DNA of 64,000 nucleotides from Rothia sp. (in: high G+C Gram-positive bacteria) (GTDB lineage: Bacteria; Actinomycetota; Actinomycetes; Actinomycetales; Micrococcaceae). Numbering within the stretch: position 1 is the first letter of the stretch; the number at the start of each line of letters is the position of its first letter. The notes beneath the pieces are model-generated. The model was not told where the DNA came from and did no database searches. It worked only from the letters and a program-made list of their open reading frames with translations. This document shows positions 19,621-28,113 of this stretch, piece by piece. Made by a program: the position numbers and the translations under genes. The stretch is taken from contig NZ_JABZXW010000003.1 of NCBI RefSeq assembly GCF_015265375.1, positions 6,142 through 70,141 of the forward strand, given 5' to 3'.

Positions 19621-20433
19621 TTAGATGTCAGCCATGAGCCCTGCCAGCAGACGGGTGAAGTCAATGGCGGGGTCGACCGACTCTTCGTCGGGCCAAAAAT
19701 GAATCGGGTAGGCGGCGCCCTGCGCACGCTGCAGCACGGGGCTTTCGGCGAGCACCGGATCTGCCACGAGCTCGCCAAAGAGGGAGCGCATTTCGTCACG
19801 GCGATAGCGGTGTTCGCTGTCGTTGGGGCGCATCTTATTGATGATGACGCCCGCACCGTCAATGCTGATGCCGCTTTCCTGCTGAAAGCGCACAATAGCG
19901 CGCAGGGTTCGTTCGGTACCTGCCACGGAGAAGAGGGAGGGCTCAGCGACCGAGAGGATACGCTCACTCACCGCCCAGCCCATCGAAGACAGGGTGCCGA
20001 GGAACGGAGGGCAGTCAATCAAGATGACGTCGTAGGCGTCCGCTGCCGCCTCCACCATGCGCTTGAATCGGCGGATGAACGGTGCGGCATCCTGGCGGTC
20101 CACGAGGGTGGAGCGTGCCGAGCCGCGCGCGACCTTCACGCTACCGGTGGTCACGGGGTTATTGGTCAGCAGGGTGGGCTTGCCGACAAGCGCATTCCAG
20201 GAGGAGCTACCGGCTTCCTCCGCGAAGGCACGCTCATTGGAGCTGGCAATCAGGGAGGCGACGTCAGGGATGGTTTCATCCACCGCCAGACCGGTGCTGG
20301 CGTCGCCGTGGGGGTCGAGGTCAATAACGAGTGTGGAGAGTCCGCTGTGTAATGCCGCGGAGGCAAGCCCCAAAGTGATGGACGTTTTGCCGACGCCACC
20401 TTTGAGGCTGCTGATACTGACGATGCGGGGCAT
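19621..20433 (-). CDS. ParA/MinD-family ATPase (orphan ParA-like)
   Basis: Deviant Walker A motif SLKGGVGKT is present. Confidence 0.75.
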   Translation of the reverse strand: MPRIVSISSLKGGVGKTSITLGLASAALHSGLSTLVIDLDPHGDASTGLAVDETIPDVASLIASSNERAFAEEAGSSSWNALVGKPTLLTNNPVTTGSVKVARGSARSTLVDRQDAAPFIRRFKRMVEAAADAYDVILIDCPPFLGTLSSMGWAVSERILSVAEPSLFSVAGTERTLRAIVRFQQESGISIDGAGVIINKMRPNDSEHRYRRDEMRSLFGELVADPVLAESPVLQRAQGAAYPIHFWPDEESVDPAIDFTRLLAGLMADI

Positions 20434-20624
20434 GCAGGTCCCTTTTATGAGTGAGGTGTAATGCCCCTTTATTTTAGCGAATCTTCGCTTTTCTTCCGGC
20501 TCTGACAGGGGTGTATCTTGAGTTTTTTCTCAAGTGGGCATTGAATATTCCCTCGGGTTTAAAGCTTCAGACCGCGCTCGCCACCTGGCGGGTGGTAAAC
20601 GCGGGCTGTTCTAAGTTTTATGTT

Positions 20625-21272
20625 TTATGCCTGTGCGCGGCGGGCACGGCGGGCGGCGAGTTCGTCGCCCTCGAAGTTTTCGTGCATTTCTTCGCCGGGC
20701 TGGCCGTTGAGGTTCATTTCGATTTCGCGCCAGACGCGACCGATAGCGATACCGAAGACACCCTGACCCGCCTGAACCAGGTCAATAACTTCGCTCGGGG
20801 AGGTGCATTCGTAGACGGTGGTGCCGTCACTCATCAGGGTAATGTTCGCGAGGTCGTCAATGCCGCGGGTACGCAGGTGCTCGATGGAGGTGCGAATCTG
20901 CTGCAGGGACACGCCGGTGTCGAGCAGACGCTTCACAATCTTGAGTACGAGTACGTCGCGGAAGCTGTAGAGGCGCTGGGTGCCGGAGCCGGATGCGCCA
21001 CGCACGGTGGGAACAACTAGGTTGGTGCGTGCCCAGTAGTCGAGCTGGCGGTAGGTGATGCCGGCTGCCTTGCAGGCGACAGCGCCACGGTAGCCGAGAT
21101 TTTCCTCGACAACAGAGACAGGGTCGGTGAAGAGCACGCCCTGTTCACCGCGCGGAGGCGGTGCTACGGGAAAGAGGGTGTCGAAGCCGTCCAGGGGCTG
21201 GTCGAAGCCCTGGGGTGCTTCTTGGGTGCCTGCGGCCTCGCCTGCATTTTCGGCTACCTGCTGCTCTAGCAC
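20625..21272 (-). CDS. MerR-family transcriptional regulator (Rv1830/McdR-like)
   Basis: MerR HTH region ITYRQLDYWARTNLVVP...RLYSFRDVLVLKIV. Syntenic with the Rv1828-1830 region. Confidence 0.65.
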   Translation of the reverse strand: MLEQQVAENAGEAAGTQEAPQGFDQPLDGFDTLFPVAPPPRGEQGVLFTDPVSVVEENLGYRGAVACKAAGITYRQLDYWARTNLVVPTVRGASGSGTQRLYSFRDVLVLKIVKRLLDTGVSLQQIRTSIEHLRTRGIDDLANITLMSDGTTVYECTSPSEVIDLVQAGQGVFGIAIGRVWREIEMNLNGQPGEEMHENFEGDELAARRARRAQA

Positions 21273-21678
21273 GGTCCCTCCTTTTCGTTAAACCCTTTTA
21301 AGTGCTTCACCGCGCCCTATCAAATGCGGTCGATATCGTTCCGGTGTAGACCCGAGTTTCGGGTGAGATTCTAGGGTGGAGCCCTAGAATCTGTGTCTAT
21401 GATTCGCGTGGTTCCTTTCGGTTCCGGCGCGGTTTTCAATGCTACACATTGGTTCGACAATACGATTCGCGGAACACGTCTCGATAGTGCGACCGATGCG
21501 CGATAGGCGCGGTTGTTCAATCTATTTTAACTGATAGAGGGCTCTACTTAAAATTGAACCCACCGGAGCGAATGATCTTTTCAGATTCATTCTCCAGCGT
21601 TAACACCTTATGAGGTGTCCCTCCCCCACTATCCCGTTCGCTTTTCCTGGGTATCCACCCCTCATGGGAGTTTAAAAA

Positions 21679-21715
21679 GTAAATGCGTACGGATAGGTAG
21701 TCCGTACGCATTTAC
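21679..21715 (-). terminator. Intrinsic terminator (15-bp perfect stem GTAAATGCGTACGGA/TCCGTACGCATTTAC plus a T5 run on the minus strand)
   Basis: Perfect inverted repeat with A5 immediately 5' on the plus strand (T-run on minus). It lies ~265 nt downstream of the ftsR-like stop. Confidence 0.7.
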
Positions 21716-21719
21716 AGCT

Positions 21720-21983
21720 GAGTTGAGTGAATAGCCTTGGCAGGCCGGGAGCCCCCTGGTGAGAAAGCTCTTCGTGTTGGACGAAGGGGTAGAAATTCCG
21801 AGCGTGCCAGCGTCGGCTTCGTCCAAGTCTAGAGGCCGCTACCCGTTGGTGCGGGCAGGGACTATAGAGGGAATCACCATGGTCAGCGGTGATTCCCGAG
21901 GGAAATCCCCGTTTGGGGAGAGCGGTAGAACCGCTCAGGGTTTACGAGCGGCAGACTGTCCGGTAGCCTGCGTCTTCGTGTGC
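21720..21983 (-). ncRNA. Candidate structured noncoding RNA / long 3' UTR downstream of the ftsR-like gene
   Basis: No ORF is possible. Nested perfect hairpins seen directly: GGGAATCACC/GGTGATTCCC 21869-21897, CCCCGTTTGGGG, GAGCGGtagaaCCGCTC and GCCTACtcgtagGTAGGC. The element is bounded by the ftsR-like stop and a strong terminator. Confidence 0.3.
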
Positions 21984-22757
21984 CTACTCGTAGGTAGGCA
22001 TTGCCGATTCAACGAGAGTTGCGTGCAGCTGCAGGCACAACTTGCGAATCTTGTCGGCACGTTCCTGCGCCTGAGCCTGGGAGGCTGCGTCGCGGCGCGA
22101 TGCCAGCGGAGCCACTGCGATTTCCACGAGGGAGATTTCGCGGTCTGCCGCAGACTTGAATGCGCGCAGGTGGCGGGGCTGAATGCCGTGCTGGGTCAGC
22201 TCTGCGCTCACGCGGGCAATCAGCACGTCGTAGTCGGTGTATTCAACATCCGAGCCATCTTCGAGCAGTCCGAAATCAATCAGTTCACGGATCAGCTCGG
22301 GGGTGGTGTTAGCGTACTCTGCCAGCTCGCGCAGGGTGTAGGTGCGACCTTCCTGCTCATCCGGTCCGAGGACGCTGTCCAGGACGTCTTCGCTAACGGT
22401 GGCAGGCATGGAGTTCAGCACGCGACCAGCTTCCAGGTCCTCCAGATGCTGACGGATGACCTTGAGCGGCATGTAGTGATCACGCTGCATGGTGAGAATG
22501 TAGCGCAGGCGCTCAATGTCCGTCTGGGAGTACTTGCGGTAACCGGTTTCGGTACGGCTGGGGTGCACCAGACCGCGCTCCTCCAAGAAACGAATCTTGG
22601 ATGCGCTAATTCCGGGGAACTCCAGGTCGAGCTGGCTAAGAACCTGACCAATGGTCCGGCTCTTAACGTCACGCGGGTTACGGTCAGAGTCGCCGTTCTC
22701 CACGTCCTCTAGTTCAACCTCAGCGTTAGTGAGGTTTTCATCGATGCGTGAGGTCAT
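21984..22757 (-). CDS. ftsR: MerR-family transcriptional regulator, FtsR/Rv1828-like
   Basis: N-terminal MerR HTH (IGQVLSQLDLEFPGISASKIRFLEERGLV...YRKYSQTDIERLRYI). Confidence 0.7.
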   Translation of the reverse strand: MTSRIDENLTNAEVELEDVENGDSDRNPRDVKSRTIGQVLSQLDLEFPGISASKIRFLEERGLVHPSRTETGYRKYSQTDIERLRYILTMQRDHYMPLKVIRQHLEDLEAGRVLNSMPATVSEDVLDSVLGPDEQEGRTYTLRELAEYANTTPELIRELIDFGLLEDGSDVEYTDYDVLIARVSAELTQHGIQPRHLRAFKSAADREISLVEIAVAPLASRRDAASQAQAQERADKIRKLCLQLHATLVESAMPTYE

Positions 22758-22897
22758 CTATGTCTTTCGGGTACTTTGTTCAGCCGATGTCGATACGAGC
22801 CGAAGTTTGAGTGAGTGGCTCGTTCCCCCGGTCGGGAGTCTCGCTTCGTGCCGAACATCTTTGCTTAGTGTTGAGAGTGTGATAGATAAGTTCAGTT

Positions 22898-22918
22898 GTT
22901 TATCACGAAATGATAAAC
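22898..22918. promoter_or_regulatory. Perfect palindrome GTTTATCA-cgaaa-TGATAAAC inside a ~500-bp AT-rich intergenic island upstream of the ftsR-like gene
   Basis: Read directly from the sequence. Confidence 0.4.
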
Positions 22919-23269
22919 CGCAAACCTTCGAGACAATCTTATAGCCTCACAAGGCATTTTGCTATTCAGTTCGCCCTTTTCAGGGGCTTTTTGAACCCAA
23001 AAATAGCCACACAATCAAACACTATCCAGTAGAGACAGTACCAATTTTAGCAAAATTCCAATACTTCGAGCGCGCATATCTCATATTGGACTGCTTTACG
23101 AGGAAAATTTTATCTTCTCGCGATAGTTGAAGTTTTCATCACATTTAACTTGAAAGAGGCTCCCACTAGGGGTTTAGCCTTCTTTCAAGCCCCTCAGATG
23201 GCTTCAGAGACCCTCAAGATGAACCTTAAATGCGCCCGTTTATTTGCGTTTGTGTGCACTTTAAATGAA

Positions 23270-23299
23270 AAACGGCGAGACCAATCGGTCTCGCCGTTT
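23270..23299 (-). terminator. Intrinsic terminator of gcvH (AAACGGCGAGACC aat GGTCTCGCCGTTT plus T-run)
   Basis: 13-bp perfect stem immediately 3' of the gcvH stop on the minus strand. Confidence 0.75.
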
Positions 23300-23353
23300 C
23301 ATCAATACGTACCTCTCATGCTGAGGAACGCCAAAGCTATAGAGTCTATCGAC

Positions 23354-23746
23354 TTAGAGCTTAGCCAGCTCAGCCTTGTACGCCTCTGCATCCAGCAGGT
23401 TAGCCAGGTCGTCAGCGTTCTCGGGGCGAATCTCAACAATCCAGCCCTCGCCGTAGGGATCGGAGTTGACCAGTGCGGGGTCATCCTCCAGACCCTCGTT
23501 GACAGCAACAATCTCACCGGAGATGGGAGCAAAGAGGTCAGAGACAGACTTGGTGGACTCAATCTCACCGAAGCTATCCTCAGCAGCTACAGAGTCGCCA
23601 ACGGAGGGAAGGTCGACGTAGACGACGTCACCCAGTGCATCCTGAGCGTGGTCGGTAATACCAACACGGACGGTGCCCTCAGCGGTGAGAGCGGAAACCC
23701 ACTCGTGCTCAGAAGTGTAAGAGAGTTCTGCGGGAACGTTGCTCAT
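23354..23746 (-). CDS. gcvH: Glycine cleavage system H protein
   Basis: 130 aa. Lipoyl-lysine motif EIESTKSVSDLFAPISGEI is present. Confidence 0.9.
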   Translation of the reverse strand: MSNVPAELSYTSEHEWVSALTAEGTVRVGITDHAQDALGDVVYVDLPSVGDSVAAEDSFGEIESTKSVSDLFAPISGEIVAVNEGLEDDPALVNSDPYGEGWIVEIRPENADDLANLLDAEAYKAELAKL

Positions 23747-24038
23747 AGCAGCGGTGTCCTTTCAGTGTGTTCTTGCGTAGCGCGGACCGTCCCGCGCACG
23801 GTGTCGTTCCGTATGTGGGATGACGGAACGTCCTACACCAATTATCACATAAGAAGTAACGCGGGGCACGTCCAAACACCCCCGTACCACTTCTAAGACA
23901 CTATATTTTCCTCTTCTTATTCGTGCACCTAACCATCCGCACCGTATTGGCTTCTAGGCGCCCTTCTATTCATCACTTCCACACACGGTTCTATACACAG
24001 GACTCTCTCCCCCGAGAGAGCCTAGCAAACACGCAAAA

Positions 24039-24079
24039 GGCTCAGGGCCCCACACCATGAAGGTGCAGGGCCCTGAGCC
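24039..24079 (-). terminator. Intrinsic terminator of putA (GGCTCAGGGCCC...GGGCCCTGAGCC, then a TTTTGCGTGTTTG tract on minus)
   Basis: 12-bp perfect stem. Confidence 0.7.
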
Positions 24080-24109
24080 TAGGCTAGAGAGCTAAACTCT
24101 CACAGCGCC

Positions 24110-27100
24110 TTAGCGGGAAGAAATGACGCGCTCGGAGAAGCGGTTCGGGTTACCGAAACGGTGTGCGGTAATCGAAACAGCCTGCTCGCGGAGGAAGGGC
24201 AGCATCTCGATACGGCCAGCCTCGGTGACGGGTGCGAAGTACACTGCAACATCCGGGCGACCACCCAGTGCCGAGTAGATGGACTTCACGTCGTTACCGA
24301 TGTAGCGGATACGGGTGCCTTCCAGCGGAGTACCAGCCAGTGCGCGAACCGGGGTCTTAGCGTTCGAAGCCAGGTACTCGCGGAACTGAGCGTCCGACTT
24401 GACTTCGTACTTGACGCCCTTGTTCTCGAGGACGCCACGGACGTCGACCGGCAGGTCCTTACCGACGGACAGAGCAACCGGTGCGTTAGCTGCCAGACCG
24501 GCGAGCACAACGCGCAGGGTCTCTGCTGCAGATGCGGACTCGTCTGCACGAACCAGAACCTGGGTGGGTACGTAGCGCAGGATGTTGCGCTCCACGCCCA
24601 GCTTCGAGGGATCGTGGCCGAAGCCGAACTCGGTGTCCCAAGCGTGTGCGTCAGAGGAGACACCGCGCTTGATGAATGCGAAGTCCTCGCGCTTGCCCAG
24701 TTCGGAGTTCTCGATGGTAGCCAGGGTCTCGCGGACGGTCACGGAGTGGGTGACAGCGGTTGCGGTTGCCTGTACGGGCTCCCAATCGGACAGAGCGATC
24801 AGGTAGCTGGGGCCACCAGCCTTGGTACCGGAACCCACGGTGGACTTCTTCCAACCACCGAAGGGCTGACGCTGAACGATTGCACCGGTAATTGCACGGT
24901 TGACGTACAGGTTACCTGCCTGAACCTTGGAGAGCCACAGCTCGAGCTCGTCAGCATCCAGCGAGTGCAGACCTGCGGTCAGACCGTAATCGGGTGCGTT
25001 CTGCAGCTCGATTGCCTCTTCCAGGGTGTCAGCGGTCATGATGCCCAGGATGGGGCCGAAGTACTCGGTCATGTGGTACTCGGAACCGGGCTTGACGCCT
25101 TCGCGAACACCGGGGCTCCACAGGCGACCGGTCTCGTCCAGCTCCTTGGGCTGAACGAGCCAGCGCTCGCCCGGGCCGAGGGCGGTCAGACCGCGCAGCA
25201 ACTTCTCTTCCGGCTTCTGAACAACGGGGCCCATCTCGGACTCGATGTCCTGCGGGTGTGCCACGTGCAGGGAGCTGACGGAGTCAAGCAGCTGACGGCG
25301 GAAACGCTCGGACTGTGCCACGGAGCCAACCAGGATGACGGTGGAGCCAGCGGAGCACTTCTGACCTGCGTGGCCGAATGCCGAGTAGACGACGTCCTTG
25401 ACGGCGAGGTCGATGTCAGCGTTCGGGGTGACGATGATGGAGTTCTTACCCGAGGTCTCACCGAACAGGGGCAGGTCATCACGCCAGGAGCGGAAGAGCT
25501 CAGCGGTCTCGTAACCACCGGTCAGGATCAGGCGGTCAACCTCGGGGTGCGAGATGAGCAGCTTGCCTGCAGCGCGGTCAACAACCTTGACGAGCTTCAG
25601 AACTTCCTTGGGAACGCCTGCATCCCACATGATCTCTGCGATCAGGGCACCGGTGCGAGCGGTGATGGTTGCGGGCTTGAAGATGACAGCAGAACCTGCA
25701 GCCAGACCAGCCAGAACACCACCGGCGGGGATAGCGGTCGGGAAGTTCCACGGGGGAACAACCAGGGTCAGGTCAACGGACTTGGGCTTTGCGCCGTCAA
25801 TCTTCTCGAGGTCCTCAGCCAGCATTGCGTAGTAGTATGCGAAGTCGATTGCCTCGGAGACCTCGGTGTCGCCCTGCTCCAGGGTCTTGCCAGCCTCAGC
25901 TGCCATAACCTCCAGCAGGTCACCGCGGCGCAGTGCGATAGCCTTACCGACCTTGCGCAGAATCTCTGCACGCTCGTGGCCGGAGAGCTTGCCCCATGCC
26001 TTACCAGCTTCCTCAGTTTCCTTGATCAGCTTCTCAGCCTCAGCCTCGCTGGTCAGCTCGTTAGCCTTGAGGGTGTCGATGCCCAGCTTGGTGGTCTTGG
26101 AACGCTCGAGGATTGCGCGGCCCCACTCGCGGTTACCGGAGAGTGCGGGGTCGGTGTCGGGGGTGTTCTCGAAGCGGCCGGCCGGCACGAAGACGTTGTC
26201 CTCGTTCTCGGTCAGACGGTTCTGGGTGCGCTTGGAAGCGGGAACCTCGTCGGTGACGGAGTTCAGTGCACGCATGAAGCGGTCCTCTTCGCGCTTGAAG
26301 ATGGACTCGTCGGTTGCCAGGTCGAAGATACCGGACATGAAGTTCTCGGAGGAAGCATTCTCCTCGAGACGACGGATCAGGTATGCGATAGCAACGTCGA
26401 ATTCCTTGGGGTTCACGACAGGCACGTACAGCAGCAGGTGGCCAACGCGGCGGCGGATGATCTCTGCCTGCTGCTCAGCCATACCAATCAGCATCTCGAA
26501 CTCGACGCGATCCTTCACGCCGCGGTCCTCGGACAGCAGCAGTGCGAAAGCAACGTCGAAGAGGTTGTGGCCTGCAATACCGAGGCGGACGTTCTTCACG
26601 TGCTCGGGGCGCAGTGCGTAGTCCAGAACGCGCTTGTAGTTGGTGTCAGCAGCCTGCTTGGTGTCCCAGGTGGTCAGCGGCCAGCCGTGCATAACAGCTT
26701 CCACGATTTCCATGGAGAGGTTTGCACCCTTAACCAGGCGGACCTTGATGCCTGCGCCGCCAGCAGCAACGCGCTTTGCGGACCACTCCTGCAGGTGCTG
26801 CATTGCAGCCAGGGTGTCGGGCAGGTATGCCTGGAGCACGATGCCTGCTTCCAGGTCCTTCAGCTGGGGCTGGTCCAGGATCTTGGTGAATACCTCAATG
26901 GTGAGGTCCAGGTCCTTGTACTCCTCCATGTCCAGGTTGATGAACTTCTTGGGGGAGGAAGAAGCAGCCAGCTCGTACAGCGGGGTCAGGCGGCGAACAG
27001 CAGTCTCAACAACCTCGTCGAATGCCCAGTGCTGGTGGGGGCCGGAAACTGCGGACACCTTGATGGAGACGTAGTCAACGTCGTCACGTGCCAGCAGGCG

Positions 27101-27601
27101 CTTGGTCTCAGCCAGGCGGTGCTCTGCTTCCTTGTCACCCAGAACTGCCTCACCGAGCAGGTTAACGTTCAGGCGGTTACCGGTCTTGGTCAGCTCTGCG
27201 ATAGCGTCGCCCAGCTTCTCCTCAGAAGCGTCAACAATCAGGTGACCGACCATCTCGCGCAGCACGCGACGTGCAACGGGAACGGTGGGCCATGCAACCT
27301 TGCCAGCCAGCTTGCCGCCGAAGCCAACAGCGGACTTCATGTACCAGGGCAGGAAGGAAGGTGCCAGACCGGAAATGCGGGAGAGGTTGCGGCCGGAGAC
27401 ATTGTCGTCTTCGGGGCGAATAACGCCATCAACAAAGCCGACGGTGAAGGGAAGACCATTGGGGTCCTTCAGAACACCGGCGAGCTGCTCAGCTGCGAAG
27501 GTGGGCTTGATCGACTGGGACTCGTTTACCCACTGGCGAACAAGCTGACGAGCTTCCAGAGCCATCTTCTGGTAGTGCTCAGATGCGAAAGGATGGGTCA
27601 T
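24110..27601 (-). CDS. putA: Bifunctional proline dehydrogenase / L-glutamate gamma-semialdehyde dehydrogenase PutA
   Basis: 1163 aa. N-terminal proline dehydrogenase barrel plus a C-terminal aldehyde dehydrogenase domain; matches the actinobacterial PutA form, which lacks an N-terminal DNA-binding domain. Confidence 0.9.
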   Translation of the reverse strand: MTHPFASEHYQKMALEARQLVRQWVNESQSIKPTFAAEQLAGVLKDPNGLPFTVGFVDGVIRPEDDNVSGRNLSRISGLAPSFLPWYMKSAVGFGGKLAGKVAWPTVPVARRVLREMVGHLIVDASEEKLGDAIAELTKTGNRLNVNLLGEAVLGDKEAEHRLAETKRLLARDDVDYVSIKVSAVSGPHQHWAFDEVVETAVRRLTPLYELAASSSPKKFINLDMEEYKDLDLTIEVFTKILDQPQLKDLEAGIVLQAYLPDTLAAMQHLQEWSAKRVAAGGAGIKVRLVKGANLSMEIVEAVMHGWPLTTWDTKQAADTNYKRVLDYALRPEHVKNVRLGIAGHNLFDVAFALLLSEDRGVKDRVEFEMLIGMAEQQAEIIRRRVGHLLLYVPVVNPKEFDVAIAYLIRRLEENASSENFMSGIFDLATDESIFKREEDRFMRALNSVTDEVPASKRTQNRLTENEDNVFVPAGRFENTPDTDPALSGNREWGRAILERSKTTKLGIDTLKANELTSEAEAEKLIKETEEAGKAWGKLSGHERAEILRKVGKAIALRRGDLLEVMAAEAGKTLEQGDTEVSEAIDFAYYYAMLAEDLEKIDGAKPKSVDLTLVVPPWNFPTAIPAGGVLAGLAAGSAVIFKPATITARTGALIAEIMWDAGVPKEVLKLVKVVDRAAGKLLISHPEVDRLILTGGYETAELFRSWRDDLPLFGETSGKNSIIVTPNADIDLAVKDVVYSAFGHAGQKCSAGSTVILVGSVAQSERFRRQLLDSVSSLHVAHPQDIESEMGPVVQKPEEKLLRGLTALGPGERWLVQPKELDETGRLWSPGVREGVKPGSEYHMTEYFGPILGIMTADTLEEAIELQNAPDYGLTAGLHSLDADELELWLSKVQAGNLYVNRAITGAIVQRQPFGGWKKSTVGSGTKAGGPSYLIALSDWEPVQATATAVTHSVTVRETLATIENSELGKREDFAFIKRGVSSDAHAWDTEFGFGHDPSKLGVERNILRYVPTQVLVRADESASAAETLRVVLAGLAANAPVALSVGKDLPVDVRGVLENKGVKYEVKSDAQFREYLASNAKTPVRALAGTPLEGTRIRYIGNDVKSIYSALGGRPDVAVYFAPVTEAGRIEMLPFLREQAVSITAHRFGNPNRFSERVISSR

Positions 27602-27689
27602 CCTTGACTCCTAACTATCTTACTGTGTGCGGTGCACACCACGTTTGGCGATGTCTCTATTTCACCACAAAAGGGTAATAAATACCTCA

Positions 27690-27735
27690 TTAGAAAAACT
27701 GAATGTTTTTTCCAAAATCCATTTAGTTTTTCTAA
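27690..27735. promoter_or_regulatory. 16-bp inverted repeat TTAGAAAAACTGAATG / CATTTAGTTTTTCTAA (15 of 16 matching, 14-bp spacer) in the divergent putA-lysR intergenic region; candidate LysR-type operator
   Basis: Read directly from the sequence; the region is AT-rich. Confidence 0.45.
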
Positions 27736-28113
27736 ATGATTGTGCGGTGAGGTTTTCACCCCGCGCCCCCTCCGAACCTCCTGTTCGAAGAGACAAGGTG
27801 AAGTTTGTAGCGACATCGCTATCCATCTCTCTCAGGCTAGCACTTTCAGAAAGCAAATACCGAACCGATTTCGTAACAATCGAACACTTCAAAACCAGTC
27901 CCAAAAGCATCTTCGCCCCTGAGAATCATCACGTTCACGCAAAATACCCGTCACACAAGCCAACACACACATCCGCGGCTCCCGCCGTCTCAAAAAGAGC
28001 CGCAACAAAGCCCACGCGGTACCATAGACAAGAGTCCACAATGAGAGACGCCCCACGGCAGAGCTCAGCGGCACAAACTGCAGAACAACCGGGCGCGCCA
28101 GGGAGGAAATAAC

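Noticed and set aside
21720-21983. RNase P RNA, SRP (4.5S) RNA or 6S RNA identity for the structured region
   Set aside because: The hallmark sequences are absent: GGAAAGTCCGG for the RNase P P4 region, and the SRP domain IV GGAAG/CAGCC motifs. It is left as an unclassified candidate ncRNA or 3' UTR.
22758-23353. GarA/OdhI-like FHA-domain gene expected between the ftsR-like gene and gcvH by mycobacterial synteny
   Set aside because: No ORF of suitable length or composition exists on either strand. The region is AT-rich noncoding DNA.
23750-24000. Glycine riboswitch upstream of gcvH
   Set aside because: The leader contains hairpins (for example CGTTCCGT...ACGGAACG), but I could not find the conserved glycine-aptamer elements (ACCGAAGGGGCAA, CTCAGGCAAAAGGAC) on the minus strand.
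24161-27607. 1148-aa plus-strand ORF
   Set aside because: It is a perfect antisense shadow of putA (1163 aa, strongly recognisable), with no motifs and Gly/Ala/Val/Leu-rich junk. Long antisense ORFs are expected at this GC content.
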